NCBI GenBank assembly: GCA_963664705.1
Contig: OY761556.1
Location: 480,001 to 544,000 of the forward strand
Origin: Acidobacteriota bacterium
GTDB lineage: Bacteria > Acidobacteriota > UBA6911
DNA: 64,000 nt
Direction: 5' to 3'
Of this stretch, positions 41,964 to 51,065 are shown piece after piece. The notes under the pieces are model-generated. The model was not told the DNA's origin, did no database searches, and saw nothing but the letters and a program-made list of their open reading frames with translations. The translations under genes and the position numbers were made by a program. Each line of letters begins with the position of its first letter. Position 1 is the first letter of the stretch.

Positions 41964-41993
41964 TTGACACGCTGGAAAAGAGACGATTAAGAT
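41964..41993 (+). promoter_or_regulatory. Putative sigma70 promoter of the rsbW/rsbV-like pair
   Basis: TTGACA-N18-TAAGAT. Confidence 0.55.
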
Positions 41994-42042
41994 GGCTGGG
42001 AGTCATTAAGAGTTTGATGCCCGGTCTTGTTGATGCCGCCTG

Positions 42043-42471
42043 ATGAATAATATTGCCAACGAGATTGACGTAATCATAAGCAGTGCCCTGGATAATCTTG
42101 ATCTGATCCAGACCCTCACCGAGTGCATTACGAATTTTATGAGCTTCGATGAGGATGCTGCGCATTGGATTGGGATGTCTGTCCGTGAAAGCGTTACAAA
42201 TGCGATTCAGCATGGCAACAGGCTGGATTTGAGCAAAAAAGTCGATATTAGTTTCGTTGTTTCCCCCGAGCAACTTTCCATCTCGGTAAAGGATCAGGGC
42301 AACGGATTCCGTGCCGAGGACGTACCGAATCCGCTGGATGCGGCCAACCTGCTGAAACCCAGCGGGAGGGGTATTTATTACATTCGTACGTTCATGGATG
42401 AGGTGGAATTCAGACCTCTCTCTCAGGGGGGGATGGAAGTGCATATGGTGAAGAGGGTTTCTTCAAATTAA
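42043..42471 (+). CDS. RsbW-like anti-sigma factor / Ser kinase (HATPase_c_2)
   Basis: ESVTNAIQHGN, V.DQG.GF, SGRGI..I..FMDEV. Confidence 0.9.
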   Translation: MNNIANEIDVIISSALDNLDLIQTLTECITNFMSFDEDAAHWIGMSVRESVTNAIQHGNRLDLSKKVDISFVVSPEQLSISVKDQGNGFRAEDVPNPLDAANLLKPSGRGIYYIRTFMDEVEFRPLSQGGMEVHMVKRVSSN

Positions 42472-42476
42472 GGAGA

Positions 42477-42821
42477 GTGGATATGAAGATCGAAGCGCGT
42501 ACCATCGGTGACGTTACCATTTTGGATTGCAGCGGCAAGATTACATTGGGAGAGGGCACAATGACGGTTCGCAACACGGTGCGCGACATCCTGAAAGCCG
42601 ACGGAAAGAAGATTGTGCTGAATCTGGCGGATGTGAACTACATCGACAGTTCCGGGATCGGCGAACTCGTCAGCACCTATACCACCGTAACGAATGGCGG
42701 CGGCCAGTTGAAGCTCCTGAACCTCACCAAGAAGATCCAGGAACTGCTGGCAATCACCAAACTGCTGACGGTTTTCCAGGTGTTTGAAAACGAACAGGCG
42801 GCTCTTGCCAGCTTCCGGTAG
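42477..42821 (+). CDS. STAS-domain anti-anti-sigma factor (RsbV/SpoIIAA-like)
   Basis: VLNLADVNYIDSSGIGELV with the phospho-Ser motif DSSG; ITKL.TVF. Confidence 0.92.
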   Translation: MDMKIEARTIGDVTILDCSGKITLGEGTMTVRNTVRDILKADGKKIVLNLADVNYIDSSGIGELVSTYTTVTNGGGQLKLLNLTKKIQELLAITKLLTVFQVFENEQAALASFR

Positions 42822-42828
42822 ATCGGAT

Positions 42829-44256
42829 TTATCGAAAGATGCGGTTGAAGTCGATGATCTTGGAAAGATCATTGAACACGACAAATCCCATCAGGAGAAT
42901 GAGGAATACAAAGCCTACCTGCACGATCTTCTCCTTCAAGTTGAGGCTCAGATCACGCCGTAAGAGCCCCTCGAGAAGGAGAAGGGCCATCACGCCACCA
43001 TCTAGAATCGGGATGGGAAGCAGGTTAAATACTCCCAGCTGAAGACTGATCAACCCCAGGAATCCGAAAAACACACGAGCGTCGCGCGTACGCGCGGCGC
43101 TCCCGGATATCCGCGCAATTTCAATGGGACCCGAAATCGTTCGCGCTGAAGCGGACCCCTTGAAAATCCTGCCAATGATGCGAAAAGTCAGTGTCGACAT
43201 TTCGTAGTTGCGGTCTATGGATTTCCTGATCGCACCAATCAGGCCGAACTTCTGCAGCTCCGATGGATAGGAGGGATAGAAGCCAATTATCCCGTGGCCC
43301 CTTTCCTCTACCGGTGTGACGGTAAAGTTCAGAATCTTACTGCTCTGGACTTCCTTGGGTTCCCACAGCTTTTCCCTGGTGGGTTCACTATCCAGCCTGC
43401 GAATCTGAAAGCTCAGGGGGATTCCCGCACTGTCGGAGATGATATTCAAGATATCATCGTATTTTGTGCCGTATTTCCCATTTCCCGAGACCGACAGGAT
43501 CTCGTCCCCTTCCTTCAGCCCGGCTTTCTGCGCAGGCTTATTCTCATCCAGAGTGTCGATGATCGCTTTGGGCAGCGAGACCTTGAAGCCCAGCGCGCCC
43601 GGTTCGATCTGTTCCGCATCGGCCGGAGGCTCCATATGCATTTGGATTGTCCGCCCGCCACGCAGGACCTCGATGTCTAACGCATTCTTGGGCGCCGTGC
43701 CGAGCGCAATTTCCAGATCCTCCCAGGTTTTAATCGCATTGCCGTGAACCGAAACAATCCGGTCCCCTGTTTGCAATCCGGCGCGCTTGGCGGAGGATCC
43801 CGTGTTGACCGGACCCACTACGGCCGCCTGTTTTGGATATTGGGCGACATGAACCCCCTCGCAGTAGGAAAATGTCAGGATCGCTATTGCCAGAAAGATG
43901 TTCATGAGAGGACCCGAGATGGCTACGAGAAAACGATGCCATTTGGGGTGGGACAGAAACTCGTCCGGCTCTCCCCTCCGATCGTCGTCGAAAGCTTCCC
44001 CCGCCATTTTCACGTATCCGCCAAGAGGGAATGGACTCAATCGATATTCCGTGCCCCCACGGGTGAACCCGACGAGCTTCGGGCCAAAGCCGAGCGAAAA
44101 CACTAAAACCCTGATTTTCAGAAGTTTGGCCATCGCAAAATGGCCAAATTCATGCACTGTGATTGTGATACCGAGAACAACAATAAAAGCCAGGATCGTA
44201 ATTGCTGCCGGTATCGATTCCAGAAGATCCCAAATATTTGCCATCAATGGTGTCAA
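42829..44256 (-). CDS. rseP: RIP metalloprotease RseP
   Basis: HEFGH, PLGGYVKM.G, two PDZ domains, SGPI.I, NLLPIPILDGG. Confidence 0.96.
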   Translation of the reverse strand: MTPLMANIWDLLESIPAAITILAFIVVLGITITVHEFGHFAMAKLLKIRVLVFSLGFGPKLVGFTRGGTEYRLSPFPLGGYVKMAGEAFDDDRRGEPDEFLSHPKWHRFLVAISGPLMNIFLAIAILTFSYCEGVHVAQYPKQAAVVGPVNTGSSAKRAGLQTGDRIVSVHGNAIKTWEDLEIALGTAPKNALDIEVLRGGRTIQMHMEPPADAEQIEPGALGFKVSLPKAIIDTLDENKPAQKAGLKEGDEILSVSGNGKYGTKYDDILNIISDSAGIPLSFQIRRLDSEPTREKLWEPKEVQSSKILNFTVTPVEERGHGIIGFYPSYPSELQKFGLIGAIRKSIDRNYEMSTLTFRIIGRIFKGSASARTISGPIEIARISGSAARTRDARVFFGFLGLISLQLGVFNLLPIPILDGGVMALLLLEGLLRRDLSLNLKEKIVQVGFVFLILLMGFVVFNDLSKIIDFNRIFR

Positions 44257-44468
44257 TGCGAAATCTCCCCTCTATCGTTGTCAATATGATGCCTGATAGA
44301 AAGGAAAGGCTCAACAAGCGAAATCGATTCCTGGAATAAAGATTGTAAGGAGCTTATCCGGGACTCAGGAAATGCCGACGGGAATACAAACCGAGATCAG
44401 GCCGCAAGGAGGCGGCGATCCGCCGCCCACTGGGAGCGCAGGATAATCTAAGTATTGGACTTGCCTCT

Positions 44469-45656
44469 TTAGGACGCTGCGACCACATCTGTCGCTCGGG
44501 CCAGGACTTGAGCTTCCCTGCGAGCCCATGCGTCTGCATCGAGCACCGATTGCAAATCGACAATCTTGGCCGGCTGGTGTGCGTCCAGTACCGATTCGAT
44601 AAGCTTTGCAATCTCATGGAAAGCTATGCCGCCATTCAGGAATGCCTCTACCGCAATCTCATTCGCGGCATTCAGCACTGCCGGAGCTGTTCCGCCCGCC
44701 CGGAGAGCTTTGTAAGCCAGGTTGAGGCAGGGGAATTTCTCATAGTCGGGCGCTGAGAACTCGAGTTTCGACATGTTGCGGAAATCCAATGAAGGCAGTG
44801 GCGTAGTCCATCGTTTCGGATATGTCAGTGCATATTGGATCGGAATGCGCATGTCCGTCAGGCCCATCTGCGCAAGGATTGAGCCGTCGACAAATTCCAC
44901 CATTGAGTGGACAACGCTTTGAGGATGAACGACGACATCAATTTTGTCGGGGCCCACGCCGAACAGCCAGGAAGCCTCGATAACCTCCAAGCCCTTGTTC
45001 ATGAGGGTAGCCGAATCAATGGTTATCTTTTTTCCCATGCGCCAGGTGGGGTGGTTGAGCGCCTGCTCCGGAGTCACGGAAGCCAGTTGTTCCTTGGGTG
45101 TGTCACGGAAGGGGCCGCCCGAGGCGGTGAGGATCAGTTTCTTTACTTCCCGTTTTTGCCCTCCACGCAGACATTGATGGATGGCATTGTGCTCGCTGTC
45201 CACCGGCAAAATCGCGGTCTTTTGTTCCCGCGACTTCTTCATTATCAGCGAGCCGGCCATTACCAGAGTCTCCTTGTTGGCCAGGGCAATGCTCTTTCCC
45301 AGTTCCAGCGCGCGATAGGTAGGGAGAAGGCCGGCTGCCCCGGAGATGGCTGAAAGCACCATGGTAGATTCCGGGTGACAGGAGACTTCGATGTGGCCTT
45401 CCACGCCGTGGACGAATCGAGTGCGGGCCATCGGGTAACCGCGCTGCCGCAAAAGGCTTTGCACTTCAGCGGACACATGTTCATCCGCGCTGGATGCAAT
45501 ATCGGGGCAAACCTCTTCAATCTGGCTCGCCAGTTGGCTGACATTTCTGCCGCCGCTGAGTCCTGCTACCCGGAAGTCTTTGGGAAAGCTGGACGTTACC
45601 TTCAGTGTATTTGTGCCGATCGACCCTGTGCAACCCAGGAGAGAGAGAACTTTCAT
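44469..45656 (-). CDS. dxr: 1-deoxy-D-xylulose-5-phosphate reductoisomerase
   Basis: G.TGSIG, LANKE, LPVDSEH.AI, TASGGPFR, HP.W.MG.KITIDSAT, NKGLEVIEA, NAANE. Confidence 0.98.
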   Translation of the reverse strand: MKVLSLLGCTGSIGTNTLKVTSSFPKDFRVAGLSGGRNVSQLASQIEEVCPDIASSADEHVSAEVQSLLRQRGYPMARTRFVHGVEGHIEVSCHPESTMVLSAISGAAGLLPTYRALELGKSIALANKETLVMAGSLIMKKSREQKTAILPVDSEHNAIHQCLRGGQKREVKKLILTASGGPFRDTPKEQLASVTPEQALNHPTWRMGKKITIDSATLMNKGLEVIEASWLFGVGPDKIDVVVHPQSVVHSMVEFVDGSILAQMGLTDMRIPIQYALTYPKRWTTPLPSLDFRNMSKLEFSAPDYEKFPCLNLAYKALRAGGTAPAVLNAANEIAVEAFLNGGIAFHEIAKLIESVLDAHQPAKIVDLQSVLDADAWARREAQVLARATDVVAAS

Positions 45657-45767
45657 CGATACCTACCCGAAAAAGCCGATATTTTAGCACTATCGATGCA
45701 TGTTGGCGATTTATCTTTGGAATGCACCGGTTGGTTGCCTTTCCGAATAGCGTGAAGTCCCCACACT

Positions 45768-46565
45768 TCAATAAATTTGCAGCAGATAAAAATAGAGTAC
45801 CGGGAAGGCAAACAGCAGGCTGTCCATCCGGTCAAGTACACCCCCGTGTCCGGGGATAAGTTGCGAACTATCTTTGATTTCCGCTGCTCTTTTTAACATG
45901 GACTCGGCCAGGTCTCCCAATTGTCCGAAAAACCCGACCAGGATAGAAGTGATAATGACATGCCGCAGGGGCAGGTCCGGGAAGAGGAAATGTTGAAGCA
46001 GGACGCCGACCGCCAGTCCACCCAGCAGACCCGCGGCCGCACCTTCGTTGGTTTTCTTGGGACTGAGAACCGGGGCAAATTTGGTTTTCCCAAATGTTCG
46101 TCCCCCGGCAAGGGCGAAGGTGTCCCCGGCCCAGATCACTGCGAGAAGGACAATGAACCAATGTAGGCCGGAAGGTCCGAAGTCATAGCGCACTCCGATG
46201 GCCGGATATAAAAAGAGGGCAAGGTAGAGGATTCCAAACAATTCCCACATCAGCGCGATGGCGCGATCCCTTACCGGCAGACTGGTTCTCCACATTGCGG
46301 AAAGAAAAGCCGCGAGCATGACCAGTGAGATCACCGCCATGGATGGAAACCTTCTCTGGTGAAAAGCAATTAACAATATCCAGAACGCGAGGTAACCAAA
46401 CAGCGACTGGACATGGATTTTCATGGCGCGCAGCAATCCGAAATACTCATGCAGGCAGAGTGTTCCAATAACGCCGATGCCGGCCAGAAAGTACCAGGGC
46501 GTTGCATAGATCACTACGAGAATTGCCACCGGAATCATTATTGCCGCCGAAAGAATTCTCTTCAT
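45768..46565 (-). CDS. cdsA: Phosphatidate cytidylyltransferase
   Basis: W..DT.A..GGR.FG, SPKKT.EG, GDLAES.LKR...IKDS..LIPGHGGVLDR.DS. Start ATG 46565. Confidence 0.95.
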   Translation of the reverse strand: MKRILSAAIMIPVAILVVIYATPWYFLAGIGVIGTLCLHEYFGLLRAMKIHVQSLFGYLAFWILLIAFHQRRFPSMAVISLVMLAAFLSAMWRTSLPVRDRAIALMWELFGILYLALFLYPAIGVRYDFGPSGLHWFIVLLAVIWAGDTFALAGGRTFGKTKFAPVLSPKKTNEGAAAGLLGGLAVGVLLQHFLFPDLPLRHVIITSILVGFFGQLGDLAESMLKRAAEIKDSSQLIPGHGGVLDRMDSLLFAFPVLYFYLLQIY

Positions 46566-46596
46566 GGTTTTCCTATGTCCGCAGTGAGTAGGGGGC

Positions 46597-46676
46597 CAGA
46601 AAGCAGAAAGCGCCATGCCATTGCATCGCACACCATCGGCAAACCATACTCCGATACTGCCCGCTGCCGACTGTCC
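46597..46676. repeat. Degenerate period-7 units in the uppS-cdsA spacer
   Basis: CAGAAAG x2, then ACTGCCC-GCTGCCG-ACTGTCC. Confidence 0.45.
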
Positions 46677-46677
46677 A

Positions 46678-47439
46678 CTAAATTCCGCCATAGCGGCGGT
46701 CACGCCGTTGATATTCCAGAATAGCTTCAAGCAGATGTTTGCGCCTGAAGTCGGGCCAGAGAGTTGAAGTAATGTAGAGTTCTGAATAGGCGATCTGCCA
46801 CAGAAGAAAATTGCTGATACGCATTTCGCCGCTTGTTCGAATCAGCAAGTCCGGATCCGGGATCCCGGAAGTGTAAAGCGATTCCGATATCCTTTCTTCG
46901 CTGATGGGAGCTTTATGGCCGTTTTGGCTGTATTGCTCGAAGAGCCGGTTAAATGTATCGACCAATTCCGCGCGGCCGCTGTAATTCAGCGCAACGTTCA
47001 GGATCATTCCCGAGTTGTTGTGAGTGGTTTTGGTGGCGCGCTGAAGCTCCGCCCGAACTGATTCGTCCAGTTCGTGGAGGCGTCCAATGGCCTGAAACCG
47101 GATATTGTTCTTGTGAACATTTTTAAGCTCCAGCCGCACGTATTCCTTCAGCAGATTCATGAGGGTTTTGACTTCTGTGCGGGGGCGCTTCCAGTTTTCG
47201 ACCGAAAAAGCATAGAGCGTGAGAACCTGCAATCCGAGCCGGGCAGAACTGTCCACAATATCGCGAACCGATTCAATGCCTGCGCGATGCCCGGCCACTC
47301 TTGGGAGTTTGCGCAGCCCGGCCCAACGCCCGTTACCGTCCATGATGACGGCAACATGCTTCGGCAAACGGTCTTTATCAATAAGCTTCAACAGACCGGC
47401 CTCCGGACTTCCGGTCTTGGCAAAGCCCTGCAACTCCAT
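46678..47439 (-). CDS. uppS: Undecaprenyl diphosphate synthase
   Basis: HVAVIMDGNGRWA, YAFS.ENW.RP, ALNYSGR, DLLIRTSGE.RISNFLLWQ. Confidence 0.97.
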   Translation of the reverse strand: MELQGFAKTGSPEAGLLKLIDKDRLPKHVAVIMDGNGRWAGLRKLPRVAGHRAGIESVRDIVDSSARLGLQVLTLYAFSVENWKRPRTEVKTLMNLLKEYVRLELKNVHKNNIRFQAIGRLHELDESVRAELQRATKTTHNNSGMILNVALNYSGRAELVDTFNRLFEQYSQNGHKAPISEERISESLYTSGIPDPDLLIRTSGEMRISNFLLWQIAYSELYITSTLWPDFRRKHLLEAILEYQRRDRRYGGI

Positions 47440-47519
47440 AGGAATGATCTCCAGTCGGGTATGATAGCAGAAAACACGGGAAACACGGAAGAAAGCGCGA
47501 ACCGAACGAGCCCGGAGTT

Positions 47520-48323
47520 TCAGTGCTTCTTCCCGTTTGCCTTTTTATAGTTTACTTTCATCAGAATCAGTCCATGCGCAGGCGCCGTAAAGCCGGCAAG
47601 GTTTCGATCACGGTTGGTAAATAGAGCCCGGAACTGATCCATTCCCATCGCGCCTCGCCCTACTTCGAGAAGAGTCCCTGCCATGTTTCTGACCATGTGG
47701 TGCAGAAACCCATTTCCTTCCACGGTCAAAAGAAGCCTCTTCCCCATTTTTTTCAGTTCGCACCGAAAAATGTAACGAATGGTGTTGGTGATCGATTCGT
47801 TTGTTTTCGCGAAACTGGCGAAATCATGCTCTCCGGGAAATAGCCGCGCTGCCGCCAGCATCTTTTCAAGATCCACGGGATACTGGTAGTGGAAGTGCTC
47901 TCGAGCAAGGTGTGGAGGCATGATAGTCCCAAGATACACCTGGTATCGGTAAACTTTGGATAATGCGCTTTTGCGGGAATGAAAGTCCTCAGGGACACGA
48001 CGTGCCGACAGGATGCGAATATCCCTGGGAAGAACGGCATTGAGCGCACGGAGCAATTTGCCCGGCGGAATCCTGGACCCGGTAACAAAATTAGCGATCA
48101 GTCCACGGGCATGTGTGCCCGAATCCGTGCGCCCACTTCCGGTAACCGTAACCTTTTCGCCGGTAATCCTGAACAAGGCATCCGCGATGGTCCCTTGAAC
48201 TGTCGGCGAATTCTGCTGAATTTGCCAGCCATGGTAGGCAGTTCCGTCGAAAGCCACCTTTAGCCGGATATTTTTTTTGCCTAGCGGCTGCCGGGTTTGA
48301 TTGCCTGGCTTCCGGTCTTGCAT
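47520..48323 (-). CDS. truA: tRNA pseudouridine(38-40) synthase TruA
   Basis: FDGT.YHGWQ.Q, GSGRTDSGTHA, G.HDF.SF, G.GFL..MVR, AP..GL.L. Start uncertain. Confidence 0.93.
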   Translation of the reverse strand: MQDRKPGNQTRQPLGKKNIRLKVAFDGTAYHGWQIQQNSPTVQGTIADALFRITGEKVTVTGSGRTDSGTHARGLIANFVTGSRIPPGKLLRALNAVLPRDIRILSARRVPEDFHSRKSALSKVYRYQVYLGTIMPPHLAREHFHYQYPVDLEKMLAAARLFPGEHDFASFAKTNESITNTIRYIFRCELKKMGKRLLLTVEGNGFLHHMVRNMAGTLLEVGRGAMGMDQFRALFTNRDRNLAGFTAPAHGLILMKVNYKKANGKKH

Positions 48324-48865
48324 AACGGGCACTCTTCAGGTGAATAAGCAGGAACATCGAGAACGGCCAGTGCAACCCGTGGAACGCCCAGATCGGCTCT
48401 GCCACCGGTCCGGTCGATCAGCGATCCTGCCGCTATGACGATGCCTCCGGCTTGGGTGACGACATCCATGGTCTCTTTCGTAGACCCGCCGGTAGTGACG
48501 ACATCTTCCACAACAAACGCCTTTTCGCCCGGTTCAATCTTAAAGCCGCGACGCAGTTTCAACACTCCATCCTGCCGCTCAGCAAAAAGACCGCGGACTC
48601 CCGCTTCCCGCGCTACTTCATGGGCTACAAGAATACCGCCAAGTGCCGGAGCAATAATAAGATCCGGGGCTTCGCTGATGGCCCTCATTCGCGCGGCCAG
48701 TGCCGCTCCCAATGCGGCGGCCTGCCTGGGATTCTGTAACACCAATGCGCACTGCAAATAGCGATCGCTGTGGAGGCCGGATGTCAGTTTGAAATGCCCC
48801 TCCAGAAGCGCGCCTGATTCCTTAAACATTTGAAGCACTTCGTCTTTTGTCATAGAACTACCCAT
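48281..48865 (-). CDS. pyrE: Orotate phosphoribosyltransferase
   Basis: GHF.LTSG.HS..Y.QC, PRPP motif VVEDVVTTGGS, C-terminal CPLC...KPGSR. Confidence 0.95.
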   Translation of the reverse strand: MGSSMTKDEVLQMFKESGALLEGHFKLTSGLHSDRYLQCALVLQNPRQAAALGAALAARMRAISEAPDLIIAPALGGILVAHEVAREAGVRGLFAERQDGVLKLRRGFKIEPGEKAFVVEDVVTTGGSTKETMDVVTQAGGIVIAAGSLIDRTGGRADLGVPRVALAVLDVPAYSPEECPLCKTGSQAIKPGSR

Positions 48866-48950
48866 TTATTAAAAGTTGTATCCACAAGATCCTATGGGAT
48901 TACGCGATCTATGATAAAATGATTCATTCCGTTGGCAAAGGAGTCATTTT

Positions 48951-49700
48951 ATGTCTGGTCACTCAAAGTGGCACTCAATTAAGCACAAGAAAGCAGCTAC
49001 GGATTCGAAACGTGGCAGGATATTCACTCGTCTGATCAAGGAAATGACCGCGGCGGCGCGGGGAGGGGGCGGAGACCCCGACATGAATCCTAGATTACGT
49101 CTCGCCGTTGCGACTGCCAAAGCGTCCAACATGCCCGCCGATAACATCAAAAAGGCGATCATGCGCGGGACCGGCGAACTGCCCGGCGTTTCCTATGAAG
49201 ACATCAACTATGAGGGATACGGCCCTGGAGGCGTGGCTATTTTCATGCACGTCCTGACCGATAACAAGAATCGAACAGTTGCCGAATTGAGGCACGTTCT
49301 TTCGAAGAACGGCGGGAACCTGGGCGAGACGGGATGTGTCGGCTGGATGTTCGATAGAAAGGGCTATTTCGTCGTGGAGAAATCGGCGGCGGATGAGGAT
49401 AAGTTGATGGAACTGGCGCTCGGTGCCGGTGCCGATGATATGCGCGAGGATGGAAGCAACTTTGAGATCCTGACGACTCCCGAAAGCTTCGAGCCCGTGC
49501 GAGCCGCTCTGGAAGCGCAATCTATTCCGACTGCTTCTGCCGAAATTTCCATGATCCCCCAGAATTACATCAAGCTGGAAGGGAAACAGGCTCAGACGAT
49601 GCTGAAACTCATGGAAGCTCTCGAAGACCATGAAGATATTCAGAATGTCTGGTCGAACTTCGACGTCGACGAATCGGCTTTCGAGGAAGAAGCCTCCTAG
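48951..49700 (+). CDS. yebC: YebC/PmpR family protein
   Basis: [41 protein letters not shown]. Confidence 0.96.
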   Translation: MSGHSKWHSIKHKKAATDSKRGRIFTRLIKEMTAAARGGGGDPDMNPRLRLAVATAKASNMPADNIKKAIMRGTGELPGVSYEDINYEGYGPGGVAIFMHVLTDNKNRTVAELRHVLSKNGGNLGETGCVGWMFDRKGYFVVEKSAADEDKLMELALGAGADDMREDGSNFEILTTPESFEPVRAALEAQSIPTASAEISMIPQNYIKLEGKQAQTMLKLMEALEDHEDIQNVWSNFDVDESAFEEEAS

Positions 49701-49711
49701 GCAACCCGCGG

Positions 49712-50200
49712 ATGCGTATACTGGGCATTGATCCTGGCAGTGGATCCACCGGTTATGGCCTTATCGAAACCGATGGATCCCGCCATCATGCGATTGTATA
49801 TGGCTCTATTTCCACGCAGCCCCGCCAACCCTTTCATGTTCGCCTTCTCAAAATACACCAGGATCTCACCAAGATTCTTCGCCATGAGAAGGCCGATATC
49901 ATGGCCATCGAAGAGGTTTTTCATGCGACGAACGTCCAGTCGGCGCTGCGGTTGGGGCATGCCCGGGGCGTAGCCCTGCTTGTTGCTGCCCAGCACAAAC
50001 TCGGCGTGGCTGAGTATTCCCCGCTTGAAATAAAGAGTGCGGTTGTCGGCTATGGACGCGCGGAAAAGGCGCAGATCCAATCGATGGTTCAGCTGCTGCT
50101 CAACCTCCAGGAAATTCCCAGCCCTGACCATGCCGCCGATGCGCTCGCCGTGGCCATCTGCCACGCCCACCGGGCTCGAATGACGAATTACGAATTGTGA
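49712..50200 (+). CDS. ruvC: Holliday junction resolvase RuvC
   Basis: ILGIDPG, AIE.VF, LGHARGV, K..V.GYG.A.K.Q, DHAADALAVAICH. Confidence 0.96.
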   Translation: MRILGIDPGSGSTGYGLIETDGSRHHAIVYGSISTQPRQPFHVRLLKIHQDLTKILRHEKADIMAIEEVFHATNVQSALRLGHARGVALLVAAQHKLGVAEYSPLEIKSAVVGYGRAEKAQIQSMVQLLLNLQEIPSPDHAADALAVAICHAHRARMTNYEL

Positions 50201-50257
50201 AATAGAGTATTCGCCTGGGCAATTATTGGGCTGTCCGCATAAGGGTAATTCGCAATT
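50178..50257. repeat. Period-7 inverted array overlapping the ruvC 3' end
   Basis: GAATGAC-GAATTAC-GAATTGT, then the complementary GTAATTC-GCAATT before the amrB stop. Confidence 0.55.
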
Positions 50258-51062
50258 ACTGTATCGCGATGCCGGCGTAGGCAACCACTTGCGTTCTGTC
50301 TCCCGTTACCTCTCCTGAATGGGTGTACTGAATCAGAGTTCCTGCGGAGGCACCCAGGTCGACGAGGGCGGTCAGCACCGATACAGCCGGAGCAAAACCG
50401 CACATTGTTATGTCTTTTTCCATAACCACTCGATAGAGCCCTGCAGGATCGACAGCTATGATCCGGTCCATTGCGAATCTGTCCTGGCGAGCAGCTCTCT
50501 CGGCATCTTCGTAATGACTCATATCGGAGCTGGCAATCAATAGTATCGGTTCCGGCTCGGATTGTATGACCTGTGCCAGTGCATGGCCCAACGCTTCCAG
50601 CATGGAGAAATCCGCGGTGCGCACGCAGATTGCGGAAAACGAAAGATCCGGGCGCAAAACCTGAAGGAAGGGGATCTGAACTTCAAGACAGTGTTCGCTG
50701 CGGTGCGCAACGGTATCCTCCTGGACTTGCGGGCAGGCTTCCAGCAGTTTTTCGTTGAAGACCGTATCGACCGGAGCCAGGCCCAGGGGCGTCTTCCATC
50801 CACTGGCAGAGGAAAGCGATAGTGCGGGACCCCGGCCCGTATGATTGGGCCCAAGGATAACAAAGCGTTTGGGCAGCTTTATCGATGAGAACACCTTGCC
50901 CGCGACCATTCCTGAATAAATGTAGCCGGCATGGGGAACCAGCACACCTTTTGCATTTAACAGCGACTCCGGTTTATATACAAAGGACTCTACTTCTTTT
51001 CGGAGTCGATCCGGATGGCCCGGATAAAATTGTCCTGCATATGCAGCATCTCTCGTGGACAT
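50256..51062 (-). CDS. amrB: AmmeMemoRadiSam system protein B (Memo family)
   Basis: AYAGQFYP, VPHAGY.YSG, LGPNH, EH.LEVQ.PF, ASSD.SHY, TMCG, VVAYA. Confidence 0.93.
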   Translation of the reverse strand: MSTRDAAYAGQFYPGHPDRLRKEVESFVYKPESLLNAKGVLVPHAGYIYSGMVAGKVFSSIKLPKRFVILGPNHTGRGPALSLSSASGWKTPLGLAPVDTVFNEKLLEACPQVQEDTVAHRSEHCLEVQIPFLQVLRPDLSFSAICVRTADFSMLEALGHALAQVIQSEPEPILLIASSDMSHYEDAERAARQDRFAMDRIIAVDPAGLYRVVMEKDITMCGFAPAVSVLTALVDLGASAGTLIQYTHSGEVTGDRTQVVAYAGIAIQ

Positions 51063-51065
51063 AGG

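Noticed and set aside
45686-45712. TTAGCACT resembling a CIRCE half-site upstream of dxr
   Set aside because: The second half (GAGTGCTAA) is missing and dxr is not a heat-shock gene.
48888-48896. GTATCCACA, near match to a DnaA box
   Set aside because: Single 8/9 match with no box cluster or origin-linked genes.
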